Assembly: GCA_963625795.1 (NCBI GenBank)
Contig: CAVFUJ010000001.1
Coordinates: 1,686-65,685, forward strand
Source of the DNA: Anaerovoracaceae bacterium
Lineage (GTDB): Archaea; Thermoplasmatota; Thermoplasmata; Methanomassiliicoccales; Methanomethylophilaceae
Length of the DNA: 64,000 bases
Reading direction: 5' to 3'
In this document: positions 8,606 to 17,735 of the stretch, in pieces
How positions within the stretch are numbered: the first letter of the stretch is position 1
Layout: every line of letters starts with the position of its first letter
Notes under the pieces: model-generated
The model's input: the letters and a program-made list of their open reading frames with translations, nothing else
Database searches by the model: none
Told to the model about the DNA's origin: nothing
Program-made: the position numbers and the translations under genes

Positions 8606-8829
8606 TCCTTGTTCTCGGCTTTCTCAGCGGACTTGAGACGGATCTTCTTCTCAGACATCGCCTTGTCGGTCCACTCGGTGGTCCTGGGCACTCTCTTGAG
8701 TTCGATCATGTTCTTGTAGCACTTGTTGGTGCAGAAGTTGAGGACTGTTCCGTCCTTCTTCACGAACATTTTACCCGTTCCGGGCTCGATTTCTCTGTAA
8801 CAGAATGAACATTTTCTGATCTCTGCCAT
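8602..8829 (-). CDS. rpl24e: 50S ribosomal protein L24e
   Basis: [23 protein letters not shown]...FCTNKC zinc-ribbon signature. Confidence 0.9.
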   Translation of the reverse strand: MAEIRKCSFCYREIEPGTGKMFVKKDGTVLNFCTNKCYKNMIELKRVPRTTEWTDKAMSEKKIRLKSAEKAENKE

Positions 8830-8834
8830 TCAAA

Positions 8835-9047
8835 TCACCTCATTCCGAGTTTCCTGGCCTCTCTCGATGTCTCTCTGAGCATCAGAATGTCACCCATTCT
8901 GACGGGGCCCATGATGTTCCTGGTGATGATCCTTCCCTTGTCGCGTCCGTCAAGTACACGGACTTTGACCTGGGTAGCCTCACCTGTCATTCCGGTACGT
9001 CCGATAATTTCGACGACCTCTGACGGGATGCTGTCTGTGTCGACCAT
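8835..9047 (-). CDS. rps28e: 30S ribosomal protein S28e
   Basis: 70 aa with [17 protein letters not shown]...[13 protein letters not shown]. Confidence 0.9.
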   Translation of the reverse strand: MVDTDSIPSEVVEIIGRTGMTGEATQVKVRVLDGRDKGRIITRNIMGPVRMGDILMLRETSREARKLGMR

Positions 9048-9058
9048 TCAAATCACCA

Positions 9059-9424
9059 TCAGTTCTTCAGTGCTTTGACTGCTTCTGCGATCTCATCACA
9101 AAGTGCTTTTCCCTTTCCGACATCGACGATTGCGATGGATGCGGTGGGCTTCTCGAGTCCGATTGCGTTACCGAGCTCGACCTTTGCGGGGACGTAAACG
9201 TAGGGAACTCCCCTCTCTTCACAGAGTGCGGGCATGTGTGCGAGGATCTCCGGGGGCTCGACATCGACTGCCATGATGACAATTGCTGCCTCTCCTCTCT
9301 CGACGGCTTTGGTAACCTCGTTGGTTCCCTTCTTGATCTTTCCGCCATCCCTTGCCATCTCGGCGAGGTTGTAGGCTTTGTCCGACAGCTCTTTCGGTGT
9401 CTCAAACTTAACAAATACAGACAT
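9059..9424 (-). CDS. rpl7ae: 50S ribosomal protein L7Ae
   Basis: [10 protein letters not shown]...[17 protein letters not shown]. The ORF is open to 9466, but ATG 9424 aligns with L7Ae N-termini and is preceded by GAGGT 8 nt upstream. Confidence 0.9.
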   Translation of the reverse strand: MSVFVKFETPKELSDKAYNLAEMARDGGKIKKGTNEVTKAVERGEAAIVIMAVDVEPPEILAHMPALCEERGVPYVYVPAKVELGNAIGLEKPTASIAIVDVGKGKALCDEIAEAVKALKN

Positions 9425-9529
9425 TTCAATTACCTCTTTCAGGCGCTGTGCGCCCTCATTATTCATCGGCTCTAAAGAGCATTCGGACTATCCGCTTACC
9501 TTATTTAAAGATAGGGGTGCCGTAAAAGT

Positions 9530-10609
9530 TTATTCGCCGCTGAGAACCTTGGTATACACCTGTTCTACGGCGTCAACGGTAGCGCCGACGTTGCGTGATT
9601 CGGCTACAAGGCGTGCGTTGTGTCCGAGTTCGCGGCGGAGTTTTTCATCGCCGAGAAGTCTGTTCATTGCGTCGGAAAGTGCCTTCGGATCCTTTGACTT
9701 TACAATCAACCCTCCGTTCCCGACTGTATCGGGAAGGCCGTTCACATCCGTACAGACAACAGGTCTTCCGTAGGAAAGCATTTCCTGAGCGGCAAGACCG
9801 TAGGATTCGTACACCGAGGGCATGACTGCGATTTTGCAGTGCTTCATGTACTCTTCCTTTTCACTGTCGGGAACCCATCCTTTGAGTTCCACTTTATCCG
9901 AAAGACCGAACTTTGCAATTTTCTTCTGAAGACGTTTCATATCCGGGCCTTTGCCGCAGATTATGAGTTTGCAGTCGACATCGCGCATCGCTTCTACCAG
10001 ATAATCCAATCCTTTGGTCCTCACAAGCCTTCCGACGAATAGAATGTAATCGCCTTCTTCGTCGGAGCATTCGGGATATGTTCCGAGGCACGGCGTAGCC
10101 GTGGTAATCAATGAGCCAGGTATGCCTCTTCTGATGAGATCTTCACGTACGTAATCGCTTACGGAAATTATGTGATCGAATGACATCAATGTACTTTTGA
10201 ACAGTCTGTCGTTTGCTTCCGAAACGATATGCTGCCATCCGACACCTTCTCCCCACATGTTGTGGTAGGTGAACACTTTCTTTCCGGCGTACTTTTTCAT
10301 GTCTTTGTTGTACGACGGAGCCCATCTGTAGTTGTAATTAACGATATCGGCATCAATACTCTCAAGAGTCTCAAGAAGACCTTTCGACGTGATGTACGGA
10401 GGGTTGTATTTTCCTATGAATTTCGAGGGAAGTCTGATGACTCTGTAGCCGTCCGATGTGATTTCTTCTTCGGAAGTGCCTTCCAAACGGCCTGTTACAA
10501 TCGTAACATCATGTCCTCTCGAAACCATTTCCTTGGCAATCAGATGCATTCTGTGCTCGATACCGCCCATGTACGGGTAGAAAAACGGGTTGACATCGAC
10601 AACTTTCAT
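9530..10609 (-). CDS. Glycosyltransferase family 4 (GT-B)
   Basis: 359 aa with a C-terminal PSVYESYGLAAQEMLSYGRPVV (E-x7-E region) and an N-terminal GGIEHRM motif. Confidence 0.85.
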   Translation of the reverse strand: MKVVDVNPFFYPYMGGIEHRMHLIAKEMVSRGHDVTIVTGRLEGTSEEEITSDGYRVIRLPSKFIGKYNPPYITSKGLLETLESIDADIVNYNYRWAPSYNKDMKKYAGKKVFTYHNMWGEGVGWQHIVSEANDRLFKSTLMSFDHIISVSDYVREDLIRRGIPGSLITTATPCLGTYPECSDEEGDYILFVGRLVRTKGLDYLVEAMRDVDCKLIICGKGPDMKRLQKKIAKFGLSDKVELKGWVPDSEKEEYMKHCKIAVMPSVYESYGLAAQEMLSYGRPVVCTDVNGLPDTVGNGGLIVKSKDPKALSDAMNRLLGDEKLRRELGHNARLVAESRNVGATVDAVEQVYTKVLSGE

Positions 10610-11184
10610 CCCTCGATTCCCTCCTTTTTCTTCTTCCTGTACGCCATAATAAGACTCAGCGCCATGACTATGATAACCATCGAAATGGATAATATTTCAG
10701 CCTGAGGGCCTGTGAAGAACGCATAGAACGTGTTCGCAAACAACAGTATCGCACCGTATTTCAGCACATATCCCAGTATGAGATAACACCATGCTCTCTT
10801 GATTTCCCATGATTCGATAAGACTGATAAACGCACCCGTAAACGGCATCACGGGAGCGACACGGTTCACAAGAATCATCCGTTCGTCATTTAAAATCAGG
10901 AATTTTGAATACTTATCCGCAGCGGATTTTACCCATGTCGGCACACGGACGTGCTCCACTGCAAGATATAACGTAGTGACTCCCGCGAACTCGGCAATTC
11001 CTCCGACAAGAAGAAGAGCCAGACCCCACATCGGAGTGGGATCGTACATGAAACTCAGGATGAAGAAAACTTCCGGTAAAGTGGGAAAAATCAATGAATC
11101 GATGTAAAACAGAAGGAAAATGAAGATAAGTATGCCTACGTGACCGTACGGTCCGAACAGACCGTACAGCCAGTCACCTATCAT
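10606..11184 (-). CDS. DedA/VTT-like integral membrane protein
   Basis: 192 aa with multiple TM segments. FLLFYIDSLIFPTLPEVFFIL and LVNRVAPVMPFTGAFISL resemble the two VTT/DedA re-entrant motifs. ATGA overlap with the downstream GT4. Confidence 0.5.
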   Translation of the reverse strand: MIGDWLYGLFGPYGHVGILIFIFLLFYIDSLIFPTLPEVFFILSFMYDPTPMWGLALLLVGGIAEFAGVTTLYLAVEHVRVPTWVKSAADKYSKFLILNDERMILVNRVAPVMPFTGAFISLIESWEIKRAWCYLILGYVLKYGAILLFANTFYAFFTGPQAEILSISMVIIVMALSLIMAYRKKKKEGIEG

Positions 11185-12328
11185 CGTCCGTCCTCCTCTT
11201 CATCTCGATAACATCGTTGTAAATGGAAGATATTCTTTCCATGAACTTCGGAACGGAGAATTCCGCTGCGGTTTCGATTGCCTGCTGCCTCATACTACCG
11301 TCAGCTTCCAATCCCGCCTTTAACTTTGAAACACAGTCCTCAAGACTGTCGTCGAAAAGATAGCCGTTCTCGCCTTCTTTCACGTAATCTTCCAATGCTC
11401 TTGCTTTTGCGGCAACTACGGGAAGTCCGCAGGACATTGCTTCCACCGCGGAAAGACACTGAGTCTCGAATCTCGATGCTACGGCGAACAGATCGCATGC
11501 TCTGTAGTGCTGCACGACTTCGTCATCGGAAACAAATCCCGTGAAGATAACTCTGTCCGCAACTCCTGTTTCTTCGGCCAGCTTTTTCAGAGAATCGGAT
11601 GCGGGACCCTTTCCCGCAATCATGAGGACAACGTCTTCATCCATCTCTTTCATCGCACGTACCAGCATGTCGATATTCTTCTCAAACGAAACTCTGCAGA
11701 GACTGAGAATCACTCTCTTCCCCTGAAGACCGTATCTTTCTCTGATTACGGAACCGTCTACGGAAGGACTGAATCTGTTGCCGTCTATGGGTGTGGGAAT
11801 CACTCTTATGTCCTTCACCCTCACGCCGCGTGCAATCAGTTCCTTTTTTATCGATTCCGACGGAGCGATAATCGCATCGACCCATCTTGTCAGATATCCG
11901 ATGTACTTCCACACTAATTTATCTGCAGTTTTCTGCGGAATCGGGATCGGCGAGTAGTACTTCACGGTGTCACCGACCATTGTGTGGAACGTCATGATAA
12001 CAGGAATACCCAGCTTATGTGCCGCGACGATACCTTTGAGTGCCATTACCGCGACACCCTGAATGTGAACGACATCCGGAGAAATTTCCTTCAGAACACG
12101 CTTTGCGTGTGAGGGATATATCGGAACAAAATAACCGGGATAGCTTCTGAAAGAGGTGGATTTGAAGTAATACACACCTTCCATACGGTCTTCCTCTTTC
12201 CCGGGATCGGGTGCAACGATTGCTGTTTCCACGCCGTGGTCTCTGAGGATGCCGTTCACGGTATCGATACTTGCAACGACACCGTCGCGTGTGGGATGGT
12301 AACTGTCCGTCACGATGGCTATCCTCAT
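11174..12328 (-). CDS. Glycosyltransferase family 4 (GT-B), glycolipid-synthase-like
   Basis: 384 aa with MRIAIVTDSYHPTRDGV at the N-terminus and ASRFETQCLSAVEAMSCGLPVV in the E-x7-E region. AAGGAG lies upstream of the ATG. Confidence 0.85.
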   Translation of the reverse strand: MRIAIVTDSYHPTRDGVVASIDTVNGILRDHGVETAIVAPDPGKEEDRMEGVYYFKSTSFRSYPGYFVPIYPSHAKRVLKEISPDVVHIQGVAVMALKGIVAAHKLGIPVIMTFHTMVGDTVKYYSPIPIPQKTADKLVWKYIGYLTRWVDAIIAPSESIKKELIARGVRVKDIRVIPTPIDGNRFSPSVDGSVIRERYGLQGKRVILSLCRVSFEKNIDMLVRAMKEMDEDVVLMIAGKGPASDSLKKLAEETGVADRVIFTGFVSDDEVVQHYRACDLFAVASRFETQCLSAVEAMSCGLPVVAAKARALEDYVKEGENGYLFDDSLEDCVSKLKAGLEADGSMRQQAIETAAEFSVPKFMERISSIYNDVIEMKRRTDDDR

Positions 12329-12344
12329 TTTTTCATACTCCTTT

Positions 12345-13373
12345 TCACGGGACGAAGAGCAGTTCTTCGTCTGATTCTATAACTTCAACGGATTCTCCGA
12401 TTTCGGCATCCTTGGGAATGCGTAAATCAACCGTGGAATAATTCCTCGGGTGCAGAACCTGTATTTCTCCTTCGGATCTTGAAACAACAACCGCCTCAGG
12501 CAATTCGTTTCTTTTGTAAAGGATTCTCATATCGGATAATTCCGATCTTTTCACAGGCATCTCACGGAACGTGTTGAGATCCATGATTCTTCCTCCGGAT
12601 CTGTTGAGTGAGACTAACTTACATGGTTTTCCGTCATGCTGCATTATGTCTCCGATGTGATACGCCGGAAGTCTCACCAAAAATGTGACACGGTACATAT
12701 CCTGTCCGTCGGATGTCTGCCCCACAAGGGATGACGATTCCTTCACTTCCGCACCGTATCTGTCCGCCAGATCCTTTGTCAGAGATTTTCCCATGGAAGT
12801 TGAAGAAAGATAGAAATCCACTCCTCCCACGGCTTTCTGAATTTTTGTAATGAATAAATCGCGGTTGTTTTTGGATAAACCGTCCACGGTTTTCCTGACC
12901 CATGCGGCGACTTCGTCTCTTATATCATCCGATAAATTCCTGTCTCCGCTGCGTAACTGTATGATGGATTCGTAATAACTTCCGAGCTGTCTGGAACATC
13001 TTCTGCAGACACCGTTTTTCAGACGTACGATAACACTGCTTTCATCGGAAACTCTGATTCCTCCGACATCCAAATCGAACTGAGCGTGAACGACGAAGTT
13101 TCTCTCATCCTGTCTTTCCACGGCGGTACCTACGGAGATTAACTTCGCTTCGGGAATGATTCCCGCAGTTGATAATCCGATATCTGTAATGGCATCGTCC
13201 TGATTCCTCTTCAGCCACTGATCGCCTATCTGAAATTCACTGCAGTTTGTGCATCTCATAAGATCGACGTGATGCGGCATGGTGACCAGTTTTCTTCCGT
13301 CAAGGAAGCACTCGATGCAGAGACCGTCCACGGTCTCGACATCTTCCTTACCGCATTTCACACAGAACGTCAT
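12345..13373 (-). CDS. NMD3-family ribosome biogenesis protein
   Basis: N-terminal Cys clusters CVKCG...CIEC...CTNC and later CRRC are typical of archaeal NMD3 homologues. Confidence 0.8.
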   Translation of the reverse strand: MTFCVKCGKEDVETVDGLCIECFLDGRKLVTMPHHVDLMRCTNCSEFQIGDQWLKRNQDDAITDIGLSTAGIIPEAKLISVGTAVERQDERNFVVHAQFDLDVGGIRVSDESSVIVRLKNGVCRRCSRQLGSYYESIIQLRSGDRNLSDDIRDEVAAWVRKTVDGLSKNNRDLFITKIQKAVGGVDFYLSSTSMGKSLTKDLADRYGAEVKESSSLVGQTSDGQDMYRVTFLVRLPAYHIGDIMQHDGKPCKLVSLNRSGGRIMDLNTFREMPVKRSELSDMRILYKRNELPEAVVVSRSEGEIQVLHPRNYSTVDLRIPKDAEIGESVEVIESDEELLFVP

Positions 13374-13663
13374 CCTTTCACTACCTGCGCGTGTTTCGTA
13401 TCGCCGATTATGAGAACACAGTCTTCGGAAACGTGACCGTTCTCGATTGCGAGGGAAATAGCTCTCTCGCCGACGAGATTCATAATCGAAGCGGATTTCA
13501 TTCTCTCGACGAATGCCTCTTCGGGAATCAGTTCCCCGTTGTAGAAGTCTTCGGAAACGGTTATTTTCATTCCGTCTCCTCTGAAAGTCATTCCTAAGAT
13601 TTCTTCATCGCATGCGGCGAGAACGACATCTCCGCGGCCTTTGTGTATACGTACGTAGATCAT
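13370..13663 (-). CDS. DUF424 family protein
   Basis: MIYVRIHKG...VLAACDEEILG...NLVGERAISLAIENG pattern. ATG 13663 forms an ATGA overlap with the MCM stop, although the ORF is open to 13675. There is also an ATGA overlap with NMD3. Confidence 0.7.
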   Translation of the reverse strand: MIYVRIHKGRGDVVLAACDEEILGMTFRGDGMKITVSEDFYNGELIPEEAFVERMKSASIMNLVGERAISLAIENGHVSEDCVLIIGDTKHAQVVKG

Positions 13664-16233
13664 ATCCTGACCCACCTTCCCTTTGATTCTATGATGAAAC
13701 TGTTGTCGTGCATCTCTTCGAGTACGTGATCCACATCGAACAGACTCTCGCCGTTGAACTGCACGATGATATCTTCTCTGCTGAGTCCTCTGTCGCCGGC
13801 ATCGGTGATTGCGTCGAGGATTGCGTCATAGAGTGCGCGTTTGGTATCTCTTTCGCGTTTGCTGAAAGACGAACCCATTCTGTCGATATCCCATGAACCG
13901 TCGTCGGTCTTCGCCACTCCGTCCATATAGTACTTGATGAGAGTTATCGCTCTGGTAACATCTCTTTCATCGACAACTTTGCTCAGTCTCGATTTTGCGG
14001 ATGCTTCCGAAAGACGCACATATGCTTCCAACTGCCTTGCGGTAATCGGAACGGATGCGTTGTCGCCTTCTCCGGTCTTACGGATGCTCATGTATTCTCC
14101 TTCAATCATCTCCAGAGCGTGATCGGTCATAACCGGGAAGCAGTTCTGTTTCGCGTATGAGACATATTTCCTGATGATTTCCATGTCATAGATCGGTTTG
14201 TGGTCTTCGGTATCCTTCAGGACATCTTCTTTCACGACACCTTCGATGACTTCTTCCTTCATCGCCCTTGCCTGACCTCTTCTGTGACCTTTCAGAATGA
14301 ATGTGGAAAGTTTTCTGTCGTAATCCTCTCTCGGTTTATCGGTAAGTACGAAAATCAAATCGAAACGCGACATGAGAGCCGGGGGTAAATCGATCTGTCC
14401 CACAATCTTCTCGTTCATGTCGAACCTTCCGTACTTGGGGTTTGCGGCGGCGAGAAGAGAACACCTGCTCTGAAGTGTTGCGGTGATTCCCGCTTTTGCG
14501 ACGGAAATCCTCTGGGATTCCATCGCTTCGTGCAGTGACGATCTGTCCTGAGCCGTCATCTTATCCAACTCATCGATACATGCCAATCCCTTATCCGCAA
14601 GAACCAAGGCACCCGCTTCGAGAGTCCATCTTCCGTCGCCGAAATCGTCCTTCACGGCGGCAGCCGTGTTGTGTATCACGAAACCGTTTCCGATGAATGC
14701 GTGCGACGGTTCTATTGTCAGATCGTAAACAAATTCGGGAAGATCTTCCGTAAGCAATTCAATCTCGGTAAGAGGGCAGAGACGCATATTCTCCGTGACG
14801 GTGGAAACCATGTCTCCCACTTTCAGATCCGATGCGGCAACCCATCCGAACGATGCCCCCTGCATCGCCTGAATCTTTGTTTCGGGAGTCAGAATCAGGG
14901 ATTTTCCTCCCGCCGTAATCCTGAAAATTTTCCCGGGAGTCTTGATTTTCCAGATATATTTGATCGGAAGATATCTTACGGAACCCAAATCCCCTATCGA
15001 CTGAATTCTCCAGTCATCTACGGGCTGTCTCCATATTCCCGGACGGTATTCTTCGGGTGAATCCATTCTGATGTTGACGTAGTCGCCTATTGTCGACCTC
15101 TCGCCTTTGTCGTTAATCAGAACGGTATCGGCACCCACACACAGACCGGCTGCGGATGCGGATTTACCCGAAGCGTAGATTCCTCTCGGAGCCAAACGCG
15201 ACATGTACGAAAGAATCTGGGATTTTGCGACACCGGGATCTCCCATCATGAGGATGTGTATGTCTCCCCTTGTCATCGTTCCGTCATCCATCACTTTGTG
15301 GGTTCCGCCGAATAACTGCAACGCAACAGCCTGCTTCACTTCTTCCATTCCGAAGATCGACGGAGCAATCGATTTTACGAGATTGTTGAAGAATTCCGGA
15401 TCTTTGGACATCTCGAGAATTCTTTCTTCGTCTTCCGCAGTGATTTCGATTTCATCGTACTCTTCCTGCGAGAATTCCACGGACAGGATGTCCATATAAG
15501 TGTCGAAAACCGTAGACTTATCACGCTCGGCTTTCTCCACAGGCCTGATGATTCCGTTGAGAGTGACCCTGTTACCCGGTGTAACTTTTCCGGAAATATC
15601 TCCGTTGATGTATCCGAACATCCTCTCGGGCTGTGCTCCTCCTCTCAGTCCTTCGGGGTTTTCCTGAATTTCGATTTTCTGCGTATCGGAATAAACGGAC
15701 GCTTCCTCATCGAGAGTGAATCTCAGCGATCCCTTGTTACAGGCTTCGTTGGGACAGAGGAGAGGTTCCGTGGTGTACATTCCCTTCTGCGGAATCCAGA
15801 TTTCGGAATTGCATTTAACGCACCTGTACAGTGCGTTTGTCATCTTGAGTTTCGGTAACGTTGCTTTCCTCACAAGACCGTCGACGGCTACAAGCCTGTT
15901 GAGGTGTTTCGATCTTAAATCACGGACTTCCACGTGGGCGTCTTTCGGTAGAGATTCGATTCTGAGATTCACATTGTCTGCGGGATCCCATGTAGCGGGG
16001 AATTTCGATTTTATCGATTTTTCACCCAATCTGATGCATCTGTCGGGTTTGCTGAGAAGATAGACGGCGAAATCGGGATTGTTGTTGTCGATATCGGAAT
16101 ACGGCACATACAGACTCTTCTTGTCCTTGTAATTGTCCTGTATCTCCGCGAGCTTGAGACGGTATGCGTCTCCGCTCAGAATTTCGTCCCAGAATCTCAG
16201 TATGTCCTCGTCTTGGAATGTTGTTACCGTCAT
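13660..16233 (-). CDS. mcm: MCM replicative helicase (intein-containing, 857 aa precursor, 699 aa after splicing)
   Basis: Zn motif CVKC...CPNEAC, Walker A GDPGVAKSQ, Walker B CIDELDKM, arginine finger SRFDL, and a C-terminal winged-helix-like tail. Confidence 0.95.
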   Translation of the reverse strand: MTVTTFQDEDILRFWDEILSGDAYRLKLAEIQDNYKDKKSLYVPYSDIDNNNPDFAVYLLSKPDRCIRLGEKSIKSKFPATWDPADNVNLRIESLPKDAHVEVRDLRSKHLNRLVAVDGLVRKATLPKLKMTNALYRCVKCNSEIWIPQKGMYTTEPLLCPNEACNKGSLRFTLDEEASVYSDTQKIEIQENPEGLRGGAQPERMFGYINGDISGKVTPGNRVTLNGIIRPVEKAERDKSTVFDTYMDILSVEFSQEEYDEIEITAEDEERILEMSKDPEFFNNLVKSIAPSIFGMEEVKQAVALQLFGGTHKVMDDGTMTRGDIHILMMGDPGVAKSQILSYMSRLAPRGIYASGKSASAAGLCVGADTVLINDKGERSTIGDYVNIRMDSPEEYRPGIWRQPVDDWRIQSIGDLGSVRYLPIKYIWKIKTPGKIFRITAGGKSLILTPETKIQAMQGASFGWVAASDLKVGDMVSTVTENMRLCPLTEIELLTEDLPEFVYDLTIEPSHAFIGNGFVIHNTAAAVKDDFGDGRWTLEAGALVLADKGLACIDELDKMTAQDRSSLHEAMESQRISVAKAGITATLQSRCSLLAAANPKYGRFDMNEKIVGQIDLPPALMSRFDLIFVLTDKPREDYDRKLSTFILKGHRRGQARAMKEEVIEGVVKEDVLKDTEDHKPIYDMEIIRKYVSYAKQNCFPVMTDHALEMIEGEYMSIRKTGEGDNASVPITARQLEAYVRLSEASAKSRLSKVVDERDVTRAITLIKYYMDGVAKTDDGSWDIDRMGSSFSKRERDTKRALYDAILDAITDAGDRGLSREDIIVQFNGESLFDVDHVLEEMHDNSFIIESKGRWVRI
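14668..15141 (-). mobile_element. Mini-intein (158 aa) inserted in MCM between SAAGL and TAAAV
   Basis: It starts CVGADTVL (Cys1), has block F VYDLTIEPSHAFIGNG, and ends FVIHN followed by Thr(+1). Codons were checked on the sequence (TGT at 15141-15139, AAC at 14670-14668). It is too short to contain a homing-endonuclease domain. Confidence 0.85.
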
Positions 16234-16505
16234 TTTGAATTCACCTTCTCAGGATCCTTTGATCTGCATTCATCGTCTATCCACCAAACCCACCCGCATT
16301 TTTCCGCGGAAACTTCGCCTTTTACCATACCCTGCTGTTTCAGCTTGATCATGGTTTTGGCGAAATCGTCGGGACAGTGATAGTCGAAGATATCCGCCAG
16401 CCTGAGTTCTACCTCTCCCGTAGTCAGTCTTTCGTTTCCGAAGACCTCCCATATCAGGCGGACTGTCTCTCCCGTCGTCATATGCCTATGGCAATCTACT
16501 GTCAT
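16230..16505 (-). CDS. Small hypothetical protein, possibly winged-helix, translationally coupled to MCM
   Basis: 91 aa (83 aa if it starts at ATG 16481). ATGA overlap with the MCM start. TTGEVELRLADIF...FAKTMIKLKQQGMVKGEV...WVWWI looks like a helix-turn-helix plus wing. No family recognised. Confidence 0.4.
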   Translation of the reverse strand: MTVDCHRHMTTGETVRLIWEVFGNERLTTGEVELRLADIFDYHCPDDFAKTMIKLKQQGMVKGEVSAEKCGWVWWIDDECRSKDPEKVNSK

Positions 16506-16559
16506 AGATAAAATATCGCTGACGTGCGCACACGCCCGCGGATAAATAAAATAAAAGAA

Positions 16560-17072
16560 TCAGCCGCGGATCGATTCGATGTACTCGTTCTGAATACGTA
16601 CAACCTCGGTACTGTCCTTTGCGGAAGCGTACGCTTCCAGCAGTTCTCCGTTGAGTCTCATGAATTCCGGGGCCCAGTTGAACCTTCCCATGAAGGTTTC
16701 CGCCTGTTCTTTTTCTCCGATTATGATTAAAGAAGCCATAACCGCTTCCGCGGAATTCAGTTCCATGGGTCTTCCCCAGTTGATGGGATTCGACGCAAGA
16801 AGATACGGCAGAGCGCGGTCGTTGGTGTTTCTGGGTCTGGGGAAATCGTCGATGTTCGTCCACGTTAAATCCATAACGACCAAACCGTGTTTCGCATAAA
16901 CGTGATCTGCAGGAGAAAGAGCCTGCTCCGCAAACGGAGACAGGACAATCGAACCTTTCGGTATCGCACCCAAAGTCTTCGCTTCTTTCGCCAATGAAAA
17001 CTTCAGCATACGCTTGGCGGTACACTTTTTCGGATCGCACTGATTCTTGTCGTAGACGATTACCGGGATCAT
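16560..17072 (-). CDS. tsr3: Tsr3 (16S rRNA aminocarboxypropyltransferase, DUF367)
   Basis: VYDKNQCDPKKCTAKRM and the downstream VVMDLTW...LPYLLASNPINWGRP pattern. ATG 17072 forms an ATGA overlap with the upstream gene. The track ORF to 17156 is an N-terminal over-extension. Confidence 0.8.
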   Translation of the reverse strand: MIPVIVYDKNQCDPKKCTAKRMLKFSLAKEAKTLGAIPKGSIVLSPFAEQALSPADHVYAKHGLVVMDLTWTNIDDFPRPRNTNDRALPYLLASNPINWGRPMELNSAEAVMASLIIIGEKEQAETFMGRFNWAPEFMRLNGELLEAYASAKDSTEVVRIQNEYIESIRG

Positions 17073-17542
17073 ATGACCATCGATTTGAGATTCTCGGGAT
17101 CTGCGAATGTGGTTTCGCACCATTCCCTGACTTTCTCGACGAATTCCTTGATGCACTCATACAATTCCAGATCGTCCGTTGCCTTCTCGAAATTCTCTTT
17201 TCTTCCGAAATCGTGGAGAATCTGAGGCGCTTTGAACGGAATTGTGTCTTTTACTTCATCGTAAGCGGCTTTCTCAAGGAAAATAACATAATCGAACTCT
17301 TCCGGAAGATCTTTGTGACCGAAATCCATGGACGTATACGTCCTGATATCGTAACCCAACTGATACATCACGGAAATAAGCTCACAGTCGACACAGTCCG
17401 ATTTGGGTCCTGCGCTGCTGACGTCATAGATGTTCCCGTACATCTCCTTCACGAAATACTCGGCGATGTCGGATTGGAGATCGTTCTTCGCATCTACGAA
17501 AAGCAGCCTGATCTTCTTCTGAGCGGATCTCTTCCTGAACAT
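17069..17542 (-). CDS. LMW-PTP / ArsC-fold protein with degenerate catalytic P-loop
   Basis: KIRLLFVDAKNDLQSDIAEYF...DVSSAG aligns by eye with LFVCxGNxCRSxxAE...SAG of low-molecular-weight phosphatases and arsenate reductases. The Cys and Arg positions read Asp and Gln. Confidence 0.55.
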   Translation of the reverse strand: MFRKRSAQKKIRLLFVDAKNDLQSDIAEYFVKEMYGNIYDVSSAGPKSDCVDCELISVMYQLGYDIRTYTSMDFGHKDLPEEFDYVIFLEKAAYDEVKDTIPFKAPQILHDFGRKENFEKATDDLELYECIKEFVEKVREWCETTFADPENLKSMVI

Positions 17543-17735
17543 ATGAATCGATTCGGACTAAGGACGGAATACTTAATAAATGTTCGACCCGCTGGGGCAT
17601 ACGCCGCGATGATGATCGTTTTTCGAGCTGAAAAGTGATGAGAGACGGGCGAGCTGAGCGGCATTTGTTATTTTCACCCGAATTCGTCACCTGACGTACA
17701 AAATATACTTACATAATCGAACTAATCACCGCGTC

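Noticed and set aside
9425-9478. Possible K-turn in the rpl7ae 5' leader (UGAG-GGCGC-ACA-GCGCC-UGAAAG) that might allow L7Ae autoregulation.
   Set aside because: The flanking GA dinucleotides cannot be arranged into a 3-nt bulge followed by tandem sheared G-A pairs next to the stem. It is only a 5-bp hairpin with a 3-nt loop.
16486-17160. 224-aa ORF in an alternative frame on the same strand as Tsr3.
   Set aside because: It overlaps the Tsr3 frame, which carries the diagnostic QCDPKKCT motif. Its translation is Arg/Gly/Ser-rich low complexity with no motifs.
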